Source: an uncultured cyanobacterium
GTDB taxonomy: Bacteria; Cyanobacteriota; Cyanobacteriia; Cyanobacteriales; Microcystaceae
Reading direction: 5' to 3'
DNA: 17,927 bases
Assembly (NCBI GenBank): GCA_963807635.1
Contig: CAWEDJ010000096.1
Coordinates: 1 to 17,927, forward strand
The notes beneath the pieces are model-generated. The model was given only the letters and a program-made list of their open reading frames with translations, was not told where the DNA came from and did not search any database. Both the position numbers and the translations under genes were made by a program. Numbering within the stretch: the first letter of the stretch is position 1; the number at the start of each line of letters is the position of its first letter. Below are positions 8,366 through 17,337 of this stretch, piece by piece.

Positions 8366-10021
8366 TTAACTTGAATGGACAACGACGGATAGGGTTGAAA
8401 CTAATTTGACACCAAATTCTTCTTCAAAGATTCCTTTTTTATAATCTAAATTCCATAGTTCTAAAGCACAATCATCCTCTGAGTGAGCGGGGACAAGATG
8501 AAGATGAAGCTTTTTATATTCTGGATCATATTTACAATCAAAATCCCGAACAGCTCCAATTTGGCGACGATCCAAGGCAACGGCAATGCGGAGAAGCGCA
8601 CTGAGCTGTCGAACAATCAGACGGTTAACCTCCGATAACTTCATATAATATTCATGTCGTTTTTTAGGTTTACTACGTCGATGATAACGCGCAATATTCG
8701 CAATCAATTCTAGCTCAATTTCCGTAAAACCTAGCAACTCAGCGTTACGAATGAGGTAATAGGAATGTTTATGGTGAGAGGAATGACTAATATAAACGCC
8801 GCAATTATGCAACACCGCCGCCGCCCAGAGCCATTCTCGCTCTATTTTTCCCCAGTTGTGTAACGTTCCTTGAAGTTGATCAAAAAGAGTCAGTGAAAAT
8901 TGAGCAACTCGTTCACTATAACCCAGATCAGCTTGATATTTATGGGCAATTTTCAAGACACTCCGTTGACGAATTTCTCCCTGAAAGCGAAGACGGTTTT
9001 CGATTAAACCGTGAGTTAACATCCAATCGACAATTACGCCTTCCCTCAAGGCACGTTCACAGATAGTAATCGTCTCCAGATTCAGCATATTCATGGCTTC
9101 GAGGAGAATGACTGCGCCCGCCAAAATAATTTCAGCCCGTTTATCGGACATTCCAGGTAAGGCAAAGCGTTGTTCATAGTTTAGGCTACTCAATCGTTTC
9201 ACCCAGTCTCGAATTTCCTTGCGGGTGAGTTGATAGCCATGCAGAGGGTTGGGGATTTCCCGTTGTTGACTCAGGGCATTAAGAATGGCGAGGGTTTCAA
9301 CGGTTCCCGATGTCCCCACTATGGTGATATTTTCACTTGGTTTTAAATAATGGCGTAATTCATCAATAGGACGTTCTAGCATTCCCTTGGCGTAGGCTCT
9401 GAGGGCGACAAATTCTGTCGGACTAATGGGATCGGTACGGATAAAGTCACGAGTGAGACGGACGGCTCCAATTTTTGTGCTACTGAGAAAACGGGGTTCC
9501 TGGCTATCAGCCAGAATGATTTCGGTTGATCCACCGCCAATGTCAATAATAATGTGGGGCTGATTACGGAAATCCATGCCCGATAATACGCCTAAATAAA
9601 TTCTCCGCGCTTCTTCTTGTCCTGAGATGAGGTCAACCTGGAGTCCAACTTCGGCTTCGATGCGGTTTAAAAATTCGTAACCATTACTGGCTTCCCTGGT
9701 GGCACTGGTGGCGACGGCAATAATATGATCGACATTGATGCTTGTGGCCAGATCCTTGCAGCGTTTGAGGGCCGCGATCGCCCGTTCCATCGCAGGTTGG
9801 GAGAGATTACCCGTCTTCGGATCTCTTTCCCCCAGTCGAACGGTATCTTTTTCCCTGGCGATAATGGTAAAAGCCGTTAAAACTGGATCAATGCGGACAA
9901 TGACCATGTGGACGGAATTGGTTCCAATATCGATCGCAGCTAAAACACAGGGATCGAGAGGATTTGGGTTTGTCGGAGAAACAGCGATCGGATTAAGGGC
10001 ATTATGAGAATCCAGCATCAT
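8366..10021 (-). CDS. ppx: Exopolyphosphatase, Ppx/GppA family
   Basis: AAIDIGTNSVH, AVATSATREA, ISGQEEARRIY, IDIGGGSTE, ALREG and a C-terminal HD-like domain (LHNCG...ARYHR). Start is likely ATG 10021 or 10018 rather than 10147. Confidence 0.93.
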   Translation of the reverse strand: MMLDSHNALNPIAVSPTNPNPLDPCVLAAIDIGTNSVHMVIVRIDPVLTAFTIIAREKDTVRLGERDPKTGNLSQPAMERAIAALKRCKDLATSINVDHIIAVATSATREASNGYEFLNRIEAEVGLQVDLISGQEEARRIYLGVLSGMDFRNQPHIIIDIGGGSTEIILADSQEPRFLSSTKIGAVRLTRDFIRTDPISPTEFVALRAYAKGMLERPIDELRHYLKPSENITIVGTSGTVETLAILNALSQQREIPNPLHGYQLTRKEIRDWVKRLSSLNYEQRFALPGMSDKRAEIILAGAVILLEAMNMLNLETITICERALREGVIVDWMLTHGLIENRLRFQGEIRQRSVLKIAHKYQADLGYSERVAQFSLTLFDQLQGTLHNWGKIEREWLWAAAVLHNCGVYISHSSHHKHSYYLIRNAELLGFTEIELELIANIARYHRRSKPKKRHEYYMKLSEVNRLIVRQLSALLRIAVALDRRQIGAVRDFDCKYDPEYKKLHLHLVPAHSEDDCALELWNLDYKKGIFEEEFGVKLVSTLSVVVHSS

Positions 10022-10383
10022 GGCGGCTATCGTCAACCTTTTGGGATGAATTGAGATTGAATCTTCCTGAATAACGCATTTTCTTGCAAGCAGCTTGACA
10101 TACCGCAGTTTACATTGGTGGAACGTAGAAGATCTTTGTAGGGACATAATATATTATCTTCTTACCCTATGCGTCCCCCAGCTAAATTATTTCCCCCTAG
10201 CAATCCTGATGTAGCAAGCTTTTTAGGCTTATTTGGCAGACAATTTCTTTTGCCGCTCCACTGAGAGGATTGAACAAGAAAGTGATATTGCTTAAAAACA
10301 ACTGCTTCGGTCAGGCATGATATCAATGGAGAAATTTGCTATGGAGTTTAGTTTATTTTAGTCATCCTCGAAAAGAAATAGTC

Positions 10384-11445
10384 TTAATCATCTAGGTTAA
10401 CTTCAATCTCATCATATTTTTTTAGCCTATAAATTGTCGTAGAGACAATCCAACTAAAAATAAAAATCCCAATAATAAAATAGCCAATTAATCCAAAATC
10501 CTCACTCAGATAGCTGATAAAATCCCAAAATTGTCCCTTTAAACTAAGCTTGTCCGCAAATAATCCCAGGGCTTGAATTCCCCCCACCAACAGGGCAACG
10601 AGGACAGAAACAAAAGTAATGCTCATGTTGTAATACAATTTGCGGATCGGTTTAATATAGGCCCATCCATAGGCTCCTAGCATTAAAATTCCGTCTGTTG
10701 TATCAATCAACGACATTCCCGCCGTGAATAGGGCAGGAAAAATCATAATCGACAAAATAGGTAGGCCCTGGGAAGCTTGAATCGCCGAAATTCCCAATAA
10801 TCCCACTTCAGTGGCAGTATCAAAGCCTAATCCGAAGAGGAGTCCCAGGGGGTACATATGCCAACTTTTGGTAATCAATCGAAATAGGGGACGGCAAAAA
10901 CGTGCGATCAATCCCCTTTGATCCAAAAACGCTTCTAGGCTTTGATCGTTATAATTTTCTCCCCGTTTAACACTTTGAAAAGTCTCAAAAACATCCCACA
11001 GCACAAATAGGTTCATGACAGCGATCGCCAACAAAAAAAACGTCGAAACCGATGTTCCGATCACGCCCCCGACGGTTTTCATTTCAGGAAGATTTGTTTG
11101 AATAAAACTAGCTCCCAAAGCAATACCAATGGACATCAGGACAACAATGGTCGAATGCCCCAAGGAAAAGAAGAATCCGACGGAAATCGGCTTTTTGTCT
11201 TCCCGCATTAATTTACGGGTAACGTTATCGATCGCCGCAATATGATCCGCATCCACCGCATGACGCAGACCCAAACTGTAGGCTAAAACGGCAGTTCCTA
11301 ATAGTAAGGGAAAGCTATGAAAGACGATAATCGCCATCATCCAAACCCCAATATTGGCAGTGATCAAAAAACCATAAAGGTTAAAAATTTTGGAACGGAC
11401 TTGACGTGGATTGTCATTTAATATATTTCTGAGGACTGATAGCAT
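10384..11445 (-). CDS. HoxN/HupN/NixA-family (NiCoT) nickel/cobalt permease
   Basis: NiCoT signatures LGLRHAVDADHIAAIDN, FFSLGHST and LGFDTATE; about 8 hydrophobic segments. Confidence 0.93.
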   Translation of the reverse strand: MLSVLRNILNDNPRQVRSKIFNLYGFLITANIGVWMMAIIVFHSFPLLLGTAVLAYSLGLRHAVDADHIAAIDNVTRKLMREDKKPISVGFFFSLGHSTIVVLMSIGIALGASFIQTNLPEMKTVGGVIGTSVSTFFLLAIAVMNLFVLWDVFETFQSVKRGENYNDQSLEAFLDQRGLIARFCRPLFRLITKSWHMYPLGLLFGLGFDTATEVGLLGISAIQASQGLPILSIMIFPALFTAGMSLIDTTDGILMLGAYGWAYIKPIRKLYYNMSITFVSVLVALLVGGIQALGLFADKLSLKGQFWDFISYLSEDFGLIGYFIIGIFIFSWIVSTTIYRLKKYDEIEVNLDD

Positions 11446-11837
11446 TTAAATAGTTGACGAAGGCAAATAATAGGCGATAAAAACAACTATCCTGATTAAA
11501 CCGTTTAAAAATGATCAAAACAATGCCCCCCTAGAGGATAGGATTTTTAAAATAGTTTATATGTCAGAGTAAAAATCATTTATCAAAAAAACTCACCGAG
11601 ATTCATCCAATAGAAGATCTGTCTAAACGCGAGGCACTATTGTTTTTTCAACCAATCCTGTCCTATCCTAGTTTTAACCCATTCCGTCAATATCAAGGCA
11701 CAAAGCAAGCCCAAAAACCATCTAAAGTAATGCTGAGAAATTTGATTCCACCAATAGGTTCAAGTTTACTCAAGGGTTATGGCGATCGCGTTAGTTAATC
11801 AAAAAACATCGTTAAAATTATTTTGTCTAAAATATCC

Positions 11838-12392
11838 ATGAAAATCATTCATTCTCTGACTTTACTGACCCTGGGTGTCATCAGTAGTTGTGTGTTGGCT
11901 CTACCCCATCGGGTGACGGCGGCGGAACCCTCCATAACGTCTTCTTCCCAATCTTCTGGTCAATTAACGGAAGAAAATGTATCTCAGGCCATGAAAGCCA
12001 TTGCCGAAGCTGAAAAAAAGGAAGATATTGATGTACTATTAATGTTTCTCGTTCCCTACGGTGTTTCTGAAGTCACGGTAGAATCCCAGGGCAATAGTAT
12101 TGCCCGAAACTTGGAAGGGGTTGATGCTCACCGAGAGATGTTAGAAAAAACCTTTAAACGGGTCAAAAACCGCGAGATCCTCAATGAACGTCAAACCATT
12201 CGTTTTACCCCTGATGGTCAATTGGCGATCGTGACGCGGGCAACGATTGAAAAACTAACGACAGAAGACGGCAAGCAATTTATTTCTGCGGGGACGGATA
12301 CTTTTCGTTTTGCATGGATTGACAATCAACCGAAAGTGATTTCCACAAAAAGTCAAGGTTGGCTCGAAGAAAGATCAACTTCTGCCAAGTAA
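11838..12392 (+). CDS. Exported protein, probable NTF2/SnoaL-like fold
   Basis: Signal-peptide-like N-terminus from ATG 11838, a Ser-rich linker, then a helix (AEKKEDIDVLLMFL) and a beta-strand pattern reminiscent of NTF2-like domains. The fold is inferred only. Confidence 0.65.
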   Translation: MKIIHSLTLLTLGVISSCVLALPHRVTAAEPSITSSSQSSGQLTEENVSQAMKAIAEAEKKEDIDVLLMFLVPYGVSEVTVESQGNSIARNLEGVDAHREMLEKTFKRVKNREILNERQTIRFTPDGQLAIVTRATIEKLTTEDGKQFISAGTDTFRFAWIDNQPKVISTKSQGWLEERSTSAK

Positions 12393-12443
12393 TCCCTCAA
12401 ATTCCGAACATTTTTTACTGAATCTAACATTCTGAACCTTATT

Positions 12444-12755
12444 ATGAAGCGAATTACAGTTATTAGTTTGACTACCGCGATCGCGTTTAGTAGTTTACCG
12501 TTGTTCTCTCGTCCCGCTCAGGCCAGTTGGGGAGACTTTTTTCTCGGAGTCGGTGCAGGAGTGGGAACCAGTGCGATTATTAATAGCAACCGACGCGCCC
12601 AGCAACAGCGTTATGCCCCCGCTTCCCCCGATCAGGAATTTTTCCGAGGCGTTCAAGATGGATTGAATGGGGCAAGATACGATAATCCCCGCAATTCTCC
12701 CGATTATGACCGAGGTTTTGAAGAAGGAGTCCGCAGACGGAATAATTCAAGGTAG
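12444..12755 (+). CDS. Small exported hypothetical protein with Gly-rich segment
   Basis: Signal peptide ending PAQA, then GVGAGVG and a repeated F/Y-x-RG-x-x-D/E-G motif (FFRGVQDG, YDRGFEEG). Confidence 0.75.
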   Translation: MKRITVISLTTAIAFSSLPLFSRPAQASWGDFFLGVGAGVGTSAIINSNRRAQQQRYAPASPDQEFFRGVQDGLNGARYDNPRNSPDYDRGFEEGVRRRNNSR

Positions 12756-12778
12756 TAAAAATCCTTGATAATTTATAA

Positions 12779-12798
12779 CAAGGGGCTTAAGCCCCTTG
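12779..12798. repeat. Perfect 20-bp palindrome between convergent genes (REP-like element or bidirectional terminator)
   Basis: CAAGGGGCTTAAGCCCCTTG is its own reverse complement and lies between the stop codons at 12755 and 12843. Confidence 0.7.
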
Positions 12799-12842
12799 CC
12801 TATATGAACTTTAGACTATGGACAGCCTAACGACGACCACGA

Positions 12843-14504
12843 CTAGCGCAGAAATTGCTGAATTTCATCAACCAATGCCTGGCTAGACTTTCCAGAAATT
12901 AGATAAATTTTGAATTCCTGACCCTCACTCAAATGTTGAGCATAGGAAGAATAGGACTCAATAAAGGGTTTAAATTCAGGATTTTGGGAAAGATAAACCT
13001 CGAAAAAGGGTACTAATAAACCATCACGGTAGGTATTGAGTAAATCTGGACTAGGAAGGGTCATTTCCCCCATTGAACCAAGAAAATCTGAAATTCCCGC
13101 ATCTAATTGGGAAAAATCAACATGGGCCTGACCATCCGAGAGAACTAAATATTTATCTGCACTCGACAGCCAGGGAAAAGTCCGCATCTGTTCCAGAACC
13201 GCAGGAGCCGCAGGATCAAAACTCCCCGCCAAAAGCACAACAGGAATTTTCACCTTAGCCAAGCCTTCTCGGCCAAATACAGCACTGGTGACTGGATTGA
13301 GGGTAAAAACAGAGGTAATTCGTTCATCTCGAAAGGAATACTTATCCTGGGGCAACTTGAGAGCCTCGCACTGTAACAGGAGAGAGGTATTGGGATAATT
13401 TCCGAAGTCACATTCTCGTTTGAGATTCTGCCAATCAAATTCTGCTCCTGCTACCAGCAAGGCCGTTGTCCCCCCAAAGGAATGTCCGACAATCCCCACG
13501 GAAGTTAGATCGAGGCGACCTGAGAATTCGCTCTGATTACGTCGTTCCAATTCATCTAGGACAAAACTAATATCCTTGGGTCGATCCAGAAATTCATTTT
13601 TATAAAACACTTCACGGGATAAACCGCTCAATAAAGCCTGGGCTTGTTGAAAATCACTGCCAGGATGTTGGGGCATTATCACTAGATAACCGTAGGAAGC
13701 CAAATGTTCGCCAACTTCAGCAAAATCTTCAGGACGAGAGGCTAAACCGTGAGAAAGAACGATAACAGGCGTTTTTCCAGCGCGTTGACGTTGGGGCTGA
13801 TAGATCTCTGCATACAATTTTCGCTTACGACTCGTATCTTCCAATTGCCAAGTCATTTTAGGTTGAACGCCGTAGGGGCCAGGCTTACGAGGATCGATTA
13901 ACTTCGCAAAATCTACAGGAGTTTGGGTTGCCGCTTCCTGGGCGGACAGTTTAGCCATCCTCACAATAAATTCCTGGGTGGCATCTACCACAAATTTTGT
14001 TGCTTGTACTCGGTCTAAAACTAATTCCCCCTGAATCTGCATATCGGTGGGTAATTTTCTAAAAAAATTGATGGCAGTTAATCCTTCGGGATCGAGGGCG
14101 GCAGAAATCAAGGCTCCACGAATGGCCTTAACGCCATTGCGTCCCCCCTGAATGGTGATCAAACTTCCAATGCGCGAGAGGATACTCTCCCCCATTGAGG
14201 TATTGAAAAAACGAGAAAGTTGAATGGGATCAATTTCTAATCTTTTATTGAGAGCTTCACGCAATTCGACTCTCTGCTCTGCGGTGATTCCCGAAAGATC
14301 AAAATAAAAGCGAAGATTCGCATCCACAATACCTTTGTCTGCAAATTTTTCGATAGAGGCGATTCTGATAGAAACATGGACAGGGGCGAAGGTAAAAAAG
14401 ATTCTTTCGGCGGCTTTGACGGGGAGACTAAGGATCAATGCAGAGGAGATCGCTAACACTAAGGGACGAGACCAGGGACGGCGATGAGGGCGTTTGAACA
14501 TCAT
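12843..14504 (-). CDS. Alpha/beta hydrolase with N-terminal DUF1400-like domain
   Basis: Signal-like segment then AAERIFF (DUF1400-type start), followed by SHGLAS, QHPGSD, RPKDISFVLDEL and the nucleophile elbow GHSFGG. Start is likely ATG 14504 or 14501. Confidence 0.88.
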   Translation of the reverse strand: MMFKRPHRRPWSRPLVLAISSALILSLPVKAAERIFFTFAPVHVSIRIASIEKFADKGIVDANLRFYFDLSGITAEQRVELREALNKRLEIDPIQLSRFFNTSMGESILSRIGSLITIQGGRNGVKAIRGALISAALDPEGLTAINFFRKLPTDMQIQGELVLDRVQATKFVVDATQEFIVRMAKLSAQEAATQTPVDFAKLIDPRKPGPYGVQPKMTWQLEDTSRKRKLYAEIYQPQRQRAGKTPVIVLSHGLASRPEDFAEVGEHLASYGYLVIMPQHPGSDFQQAQALLSGLSREVFYKNEFLDRPKDISFVLDELERRNQSEFSGRLDLTSVGIVGHSFGGTTALLVAGAEFDWQNLKRECDFGNYPNTSLLLQCEALKLPQDKYSFRDERITSVFTLNPVTSAVFGREGLAKVKIPVVLLAGSFDPAAPAVLEQMRTFPWLSSADKYLVLSDGQAHVDFSQLDAGISDFLGSMGEMTLPSPDLLNTYRDGLLVPFFEVYLSQNPEFKPFIESYSSYAQHLSEGQEFKIYLISGKSSQALVDEIQQFLR

Positions 14505-14610
14505 GAGGGATTGGGCTAAGTGATGGGATGTCAGAAATTTTAAATGATTTTGAAAATGATGGATTCTTTGAACAATTCTAAGCCTAAGATAGGGCATTTT
14601 CTGATTTTGG

Positions 14611-15336
14611 TCAGCTTTGTTCCCCAAAACGATATCCCCTTCCATAGACGGTGTGAATCAGAGGCGTTTCTCCATTGGTTTCTATTTTACGGCGTAGAAG
14701 ACGGACGAGGGCGGCCAGGACATTACTGTTGGGCTGGTCGGTTTCTGTCCAGAGAGATTGATAAATTTGTTCGTGAGTTAATAATTGTCCAGGATGCTGC
14801 ATCAGGAAAGACAGGAGTTTCACTTCTTTTTCTGATAGATTAATGACTCGGCCTTGGCGATAGGCGGTCTGATTATCTTCGTCTAGTTCGAGATCGGCAA
14901 CTTTTAAGCGATCGCCTGGGGACGGAGTTTCTGGTGGGGAAAAACGACGCAATAAGGCCCTTGCCCTGGCGAGTAGTTCCCTCAGTTCAAAGGGTTTAAC
15001 CAAATAATCATCGGCTCCTGCATCTAGCCCTAAAACTCGATCATCGAGGGTATCTTTGGCGGTGAGGAATAAAACAGGAGGATTTTTTCGTCGCGATCGC
15101 GTACCTAGCGGACTTTGCTCATGATCAGGCTGGCTTCGTAGTTTTTGACAAATTTCTAAACCCGATAGATAGGGCAACATCCAATCGAGAATCAATAAAT
15201 CATAGTCATTCTCTAGTCCCAAATTCAAGCCTTCTAGTCCATTATTTGCCACATCAACTTGATATCCCTCATGACGCATTACCTGACTGAGGGAAGCGGT
15301 TAGTTCTATTTCATCATCAACCAGAAGAATTTTCAT
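14611..15336 (-). CDS. OmpR-family response regulator, RppA/NrsR-like subfamily
   Basis: Receiver domain (ILLVDDE, LILDWMLP, LTAKD, DYLVKPF) and a winged helix with SNVLAALVRLLRRKI and TVYGRGYRF. No kinase gene is adjacent. Confidence 0.9.
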   Translation of the reverse strand: MKILLVDDEIELTASLSQVMRHEGYQVDVANNGLEGLNLGLENDYDLLILDWMLPYLSGLEICQKLRSQPDHEQSPLGTRSRRKNPPVLFLTAKDTLDDRVLGLDAGADDYLVKPFELRELLARARALLRRFSPPETPSPGDRLKVADLELDEDNQTAYRQGRVINLSEKEVKLLSFLMQHPGQLLTHEQIYQSLWTETDQPNSNVLAALVRLLRRKIETNGETPLIHTVYGRGYRFGEQS

Positions 15337-15618
15337 AGGGCGATCGCGTTTTTATCTCTACTGTAAGCAAGTATTAAGAAAAGTTTCATAAAATGATAAC
15401 CAGAAAAGGATAACTGTAGAGAGATTATAACTTTTGATACATTTTATACGGTTTTTTAATAACTCTTTACTTGAGTTCATCAAAAATTTTAATAAAGATT
15501 TAAGATTTATAACAACTTTGTTTAAAATAGCGAAACCCATCTAGAGTAAGTGTATCCAATCAGGGATTCACAGATCGCCTACTTGGGTAGTACAAATCGA
15601 TCATAGAGATATCTGAAT

Positions 15619-15909
15619 ATGTCTAATTTACTGAGATCCCTTGCCCTAACCACCCTCTTTAGTTTTACGACCCCGATTGTCTTCCTGGGGGGATTATTGC
15701 TGACGCTCTGGGTGCTGAGTTTGTTACCTTTAATTGCCTTTGTTGGTCAATTTGGCGAAAATCAAGTCGTTGAATTTCTCACCATTTTTGGGAATGGCTG
15801 TCCTTTGACGGGTCTATTTATTATCGGGGCAACTTGCGGTTTAGTTGGTGGAGTGTTCAATCTATTCAATTTTTGCCTTTATCAAAATATCCGTGTGCGG
15901 AATTCCTAA
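15619..15909 (+). CDS. Small hydrophobic membrane protein
   Basis: 96 aa with two long hydrophobic segments; transcribed divergently from the response regulator. Confidence 0.75.
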   Translation: MSNLLRSLALTTLFSFTTPIVFLGGLLLTLWVLSLLPLIAFVGQFGENQVVEFLTIFGNGCPLTGLFIIGATCGLVGGVFNLFNFCLYQNIRVRNS

Positions 15910-16030
15910 CTGTCCTGCGATCAACCTAGAATTTTCCTTTCTTCGATATCGTTAATATAGGATTGAACCATGTTTAAGATATGAGTCTAGTGTTGGATTC
16001 TGGCTTAAATTTTTAAAGGATTCTATATTG

Positions 16031-16888
16031 ATGAGTGTTATGCAAGTTATTCCTGGGTCACGTTGGCAAAAACGCTTTATTTCTCTACTGTTAATCGCAA
16101 CTACCACGTTTGGTCTCACTTTCGGCTTTTCCCAACCCAGTTATGGTCAGTCTTGGTTGAACCTCCTCTTTCAAGGGATTCAAGTTTTACAGCTTTCTAG
16201 TTTGTCCAATTCCCAGGAAGTACGTTTAGGACAGCAAATTAATCAACAATTAATCCAACAAGGTAAATTTCAGGTTTCCCGCGATCGCCGCTTGAATGCC
16301 TACGTGAATGAAATTGGTCAAGAATTCGCCCGATCTAGTAAACGTCCTGATATTCCCTACACTTTTCAGGTCGTCAATGATCGGGCCATCAATGCCTTTG
16401 CTACAATGGGCGGTTTTGTTTATGTCAATCGGGGAACCATCGAAGCGGCAGATACAGAGGCAGAATTAGCGAGTGTGATCGCCCACGAAATTGCTCATAT
16501 TGTGGCTCGTCATGCGGTAAATCAAATGAGAGATGTGGCCTTATCGCAAGGTTTGATGGGAGCGGCGGGTTTAAAAGAAAGTACCATTGTGCAAATGGGC
16601 GTACAATTGGCGGTGAATTTACCCAATAGTCGGGAAGCAGAATTAGAAGCGGATCAATTAGGGTTACAGAATTTACAACGAGTGGGTTATGCTCCCATTG
16701 GCATGATTAATTTTATGCAGAAGTTATTACAGGCAGGTGGTGGCGGTACTCCAGAAATTTTAAATACCCATCCCGATACTCGTAATCGAATTGTTGCACT
16801 CCAGCGAAAAATTGATCGCAATACGGCCTATGAAGGTTTGGGTTTAGATGAACAGGACTATCGCGATCGCATTCGGGCTTCACGGTAG
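16031..16888 (+). CDS. M48-family zinc metallopeptidase
   Basis: INAFATMGG, ELASVIAHEIAH (HExxH), SREAELEAD and THP motifs, with an N-terminal signal/TM segment. Exact start uncertain (16028, 16031 or 16040). Confidence 0.92.
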   Translation: MSVMQVIPGSRWQKRFISLLLIATTTFGLTFGFSQPSYGQSWLNLLFQGIQVLQLSSLSNSQEVRLGQQINQQLIQQGKFQVSRDRRLNAYVNEIGQEFARSSKRPDIPYTFQVVNDRAINAFATMGGFVYVNRGTIEAADTEAELASVIAHEIAHIVARHAVNQMRDVALSQGLMGAAGLKESTIVQMGVQLAVNLPNSREAELEADQLGLQNLQRVGYAPIGMINFMQKLLQAGGGGTPEILNTHPDTRNRIVALQRKIDRNTAYEGLGLDEQDYRDRIRASR

Positions 16889-17067
16889 ATCGAGTTCTTG
16901 CTTGATGAGTAATTCTAAGAGGGTTTCGATTTTAGCTTTTTTTCAGGATTAAGCTTTTGATAGGCTTGGGCAATCTCTGGTTTTACTTGAATGGTAATTG
17001 TTTCCATAATTTGTATAATTGAAGCTGATCTAGTTTATCAATTTAAGCAGTGCAGAGAGCGATTGTT

Positions 17068-17180
17068 GACGTTGCTGATTTGAGATATGAATCTTCTTTT
17101 ATGGGATTTTTAAAACCTAGACTCAAACTGACTTTTGGATATGTGCAAAATTGACATTCATACTTTGATTCAGCAACGCC
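17068..17180. mobile_element. 113-bp MITE-like non-autonomous element
   Basis: Left end GACGTTGCTGATTTGAGATATGAAT (17068-17092) matches the reverse complement of the right end, GGCGTTGCTGAATCAAAGTATGAAT (17156-17180), at 19/25 positions. No transposase-sized ORF inside and no clear TSD. Confidence 0.7.
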
Positions 17181-17196
17181 ATTTATTCTTGTCCCT

Positions 17197-17337
17197 TACC
17201 GATGGCGGGTGGAAGAATTTCATAAAGTCCTTAAGTCTGGTTGTCAGAGTGAACGTTATCGACTTGCCTCTTCTGGAATGAAAACTCTTTTGGGCTTTTT
17301 AAGTGTTCTTGCTGCTGAACTTTTACACCTTACTTAG
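17197..17337 (+). pseudogene. IS4-family (IS50/Tn5-like) transposase fragment
   Basis: Translates as YRWRVEEFHKVLKSGCQSERYRLASSGMKTLLGFLSVLAAELLHLT*, containing the R-x3-E-x6-K part of the YREK motif. It is cut off at the IS5-like terminal repeat and is absent from the ORF track. Confidence 0.8.

Larger units (their letters stand above)
327..16870. repeat. HIP1 octamers (GCGATCGC) dispersed through the core region
   Basis: About 23 copies by manual count (e.g. 327, 386, 645, 1191, 4509, 5992, 11021, 15093, 16281, 16863). None seen in 16871-17927. Confidence 0.9.

Noticed and set aside
10022..10147. 42-aa N-terminal extension of Ppx
   Set aside because: No family-like sequence; tandem ATGs at 10021/10018 give a typical length.
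11446..11822. Cobalamin or NiCo riboswitch ahead of the NiCoT gene
   Set aside because: No B12-box or other conserved riboswitch elements recognisable by eye on the minus strand; an Rfam scan would be definitive.
14505..14645. Long N-terminus of the hydrolase overlapping the regulator gene
   Set aside because: The signal-peptide-like segment begins after ATG 14504/14501, so the overlap is probably an ORF-calling artefact.
15358..15540. 60-aa ORF and possible NrsR or NtcA sites in the divergent promoter
   Set aside because: Very AT-rich promoter DNA; only a single AAGTTTCA half-site-like match and no GTA-N8-TAC seen.
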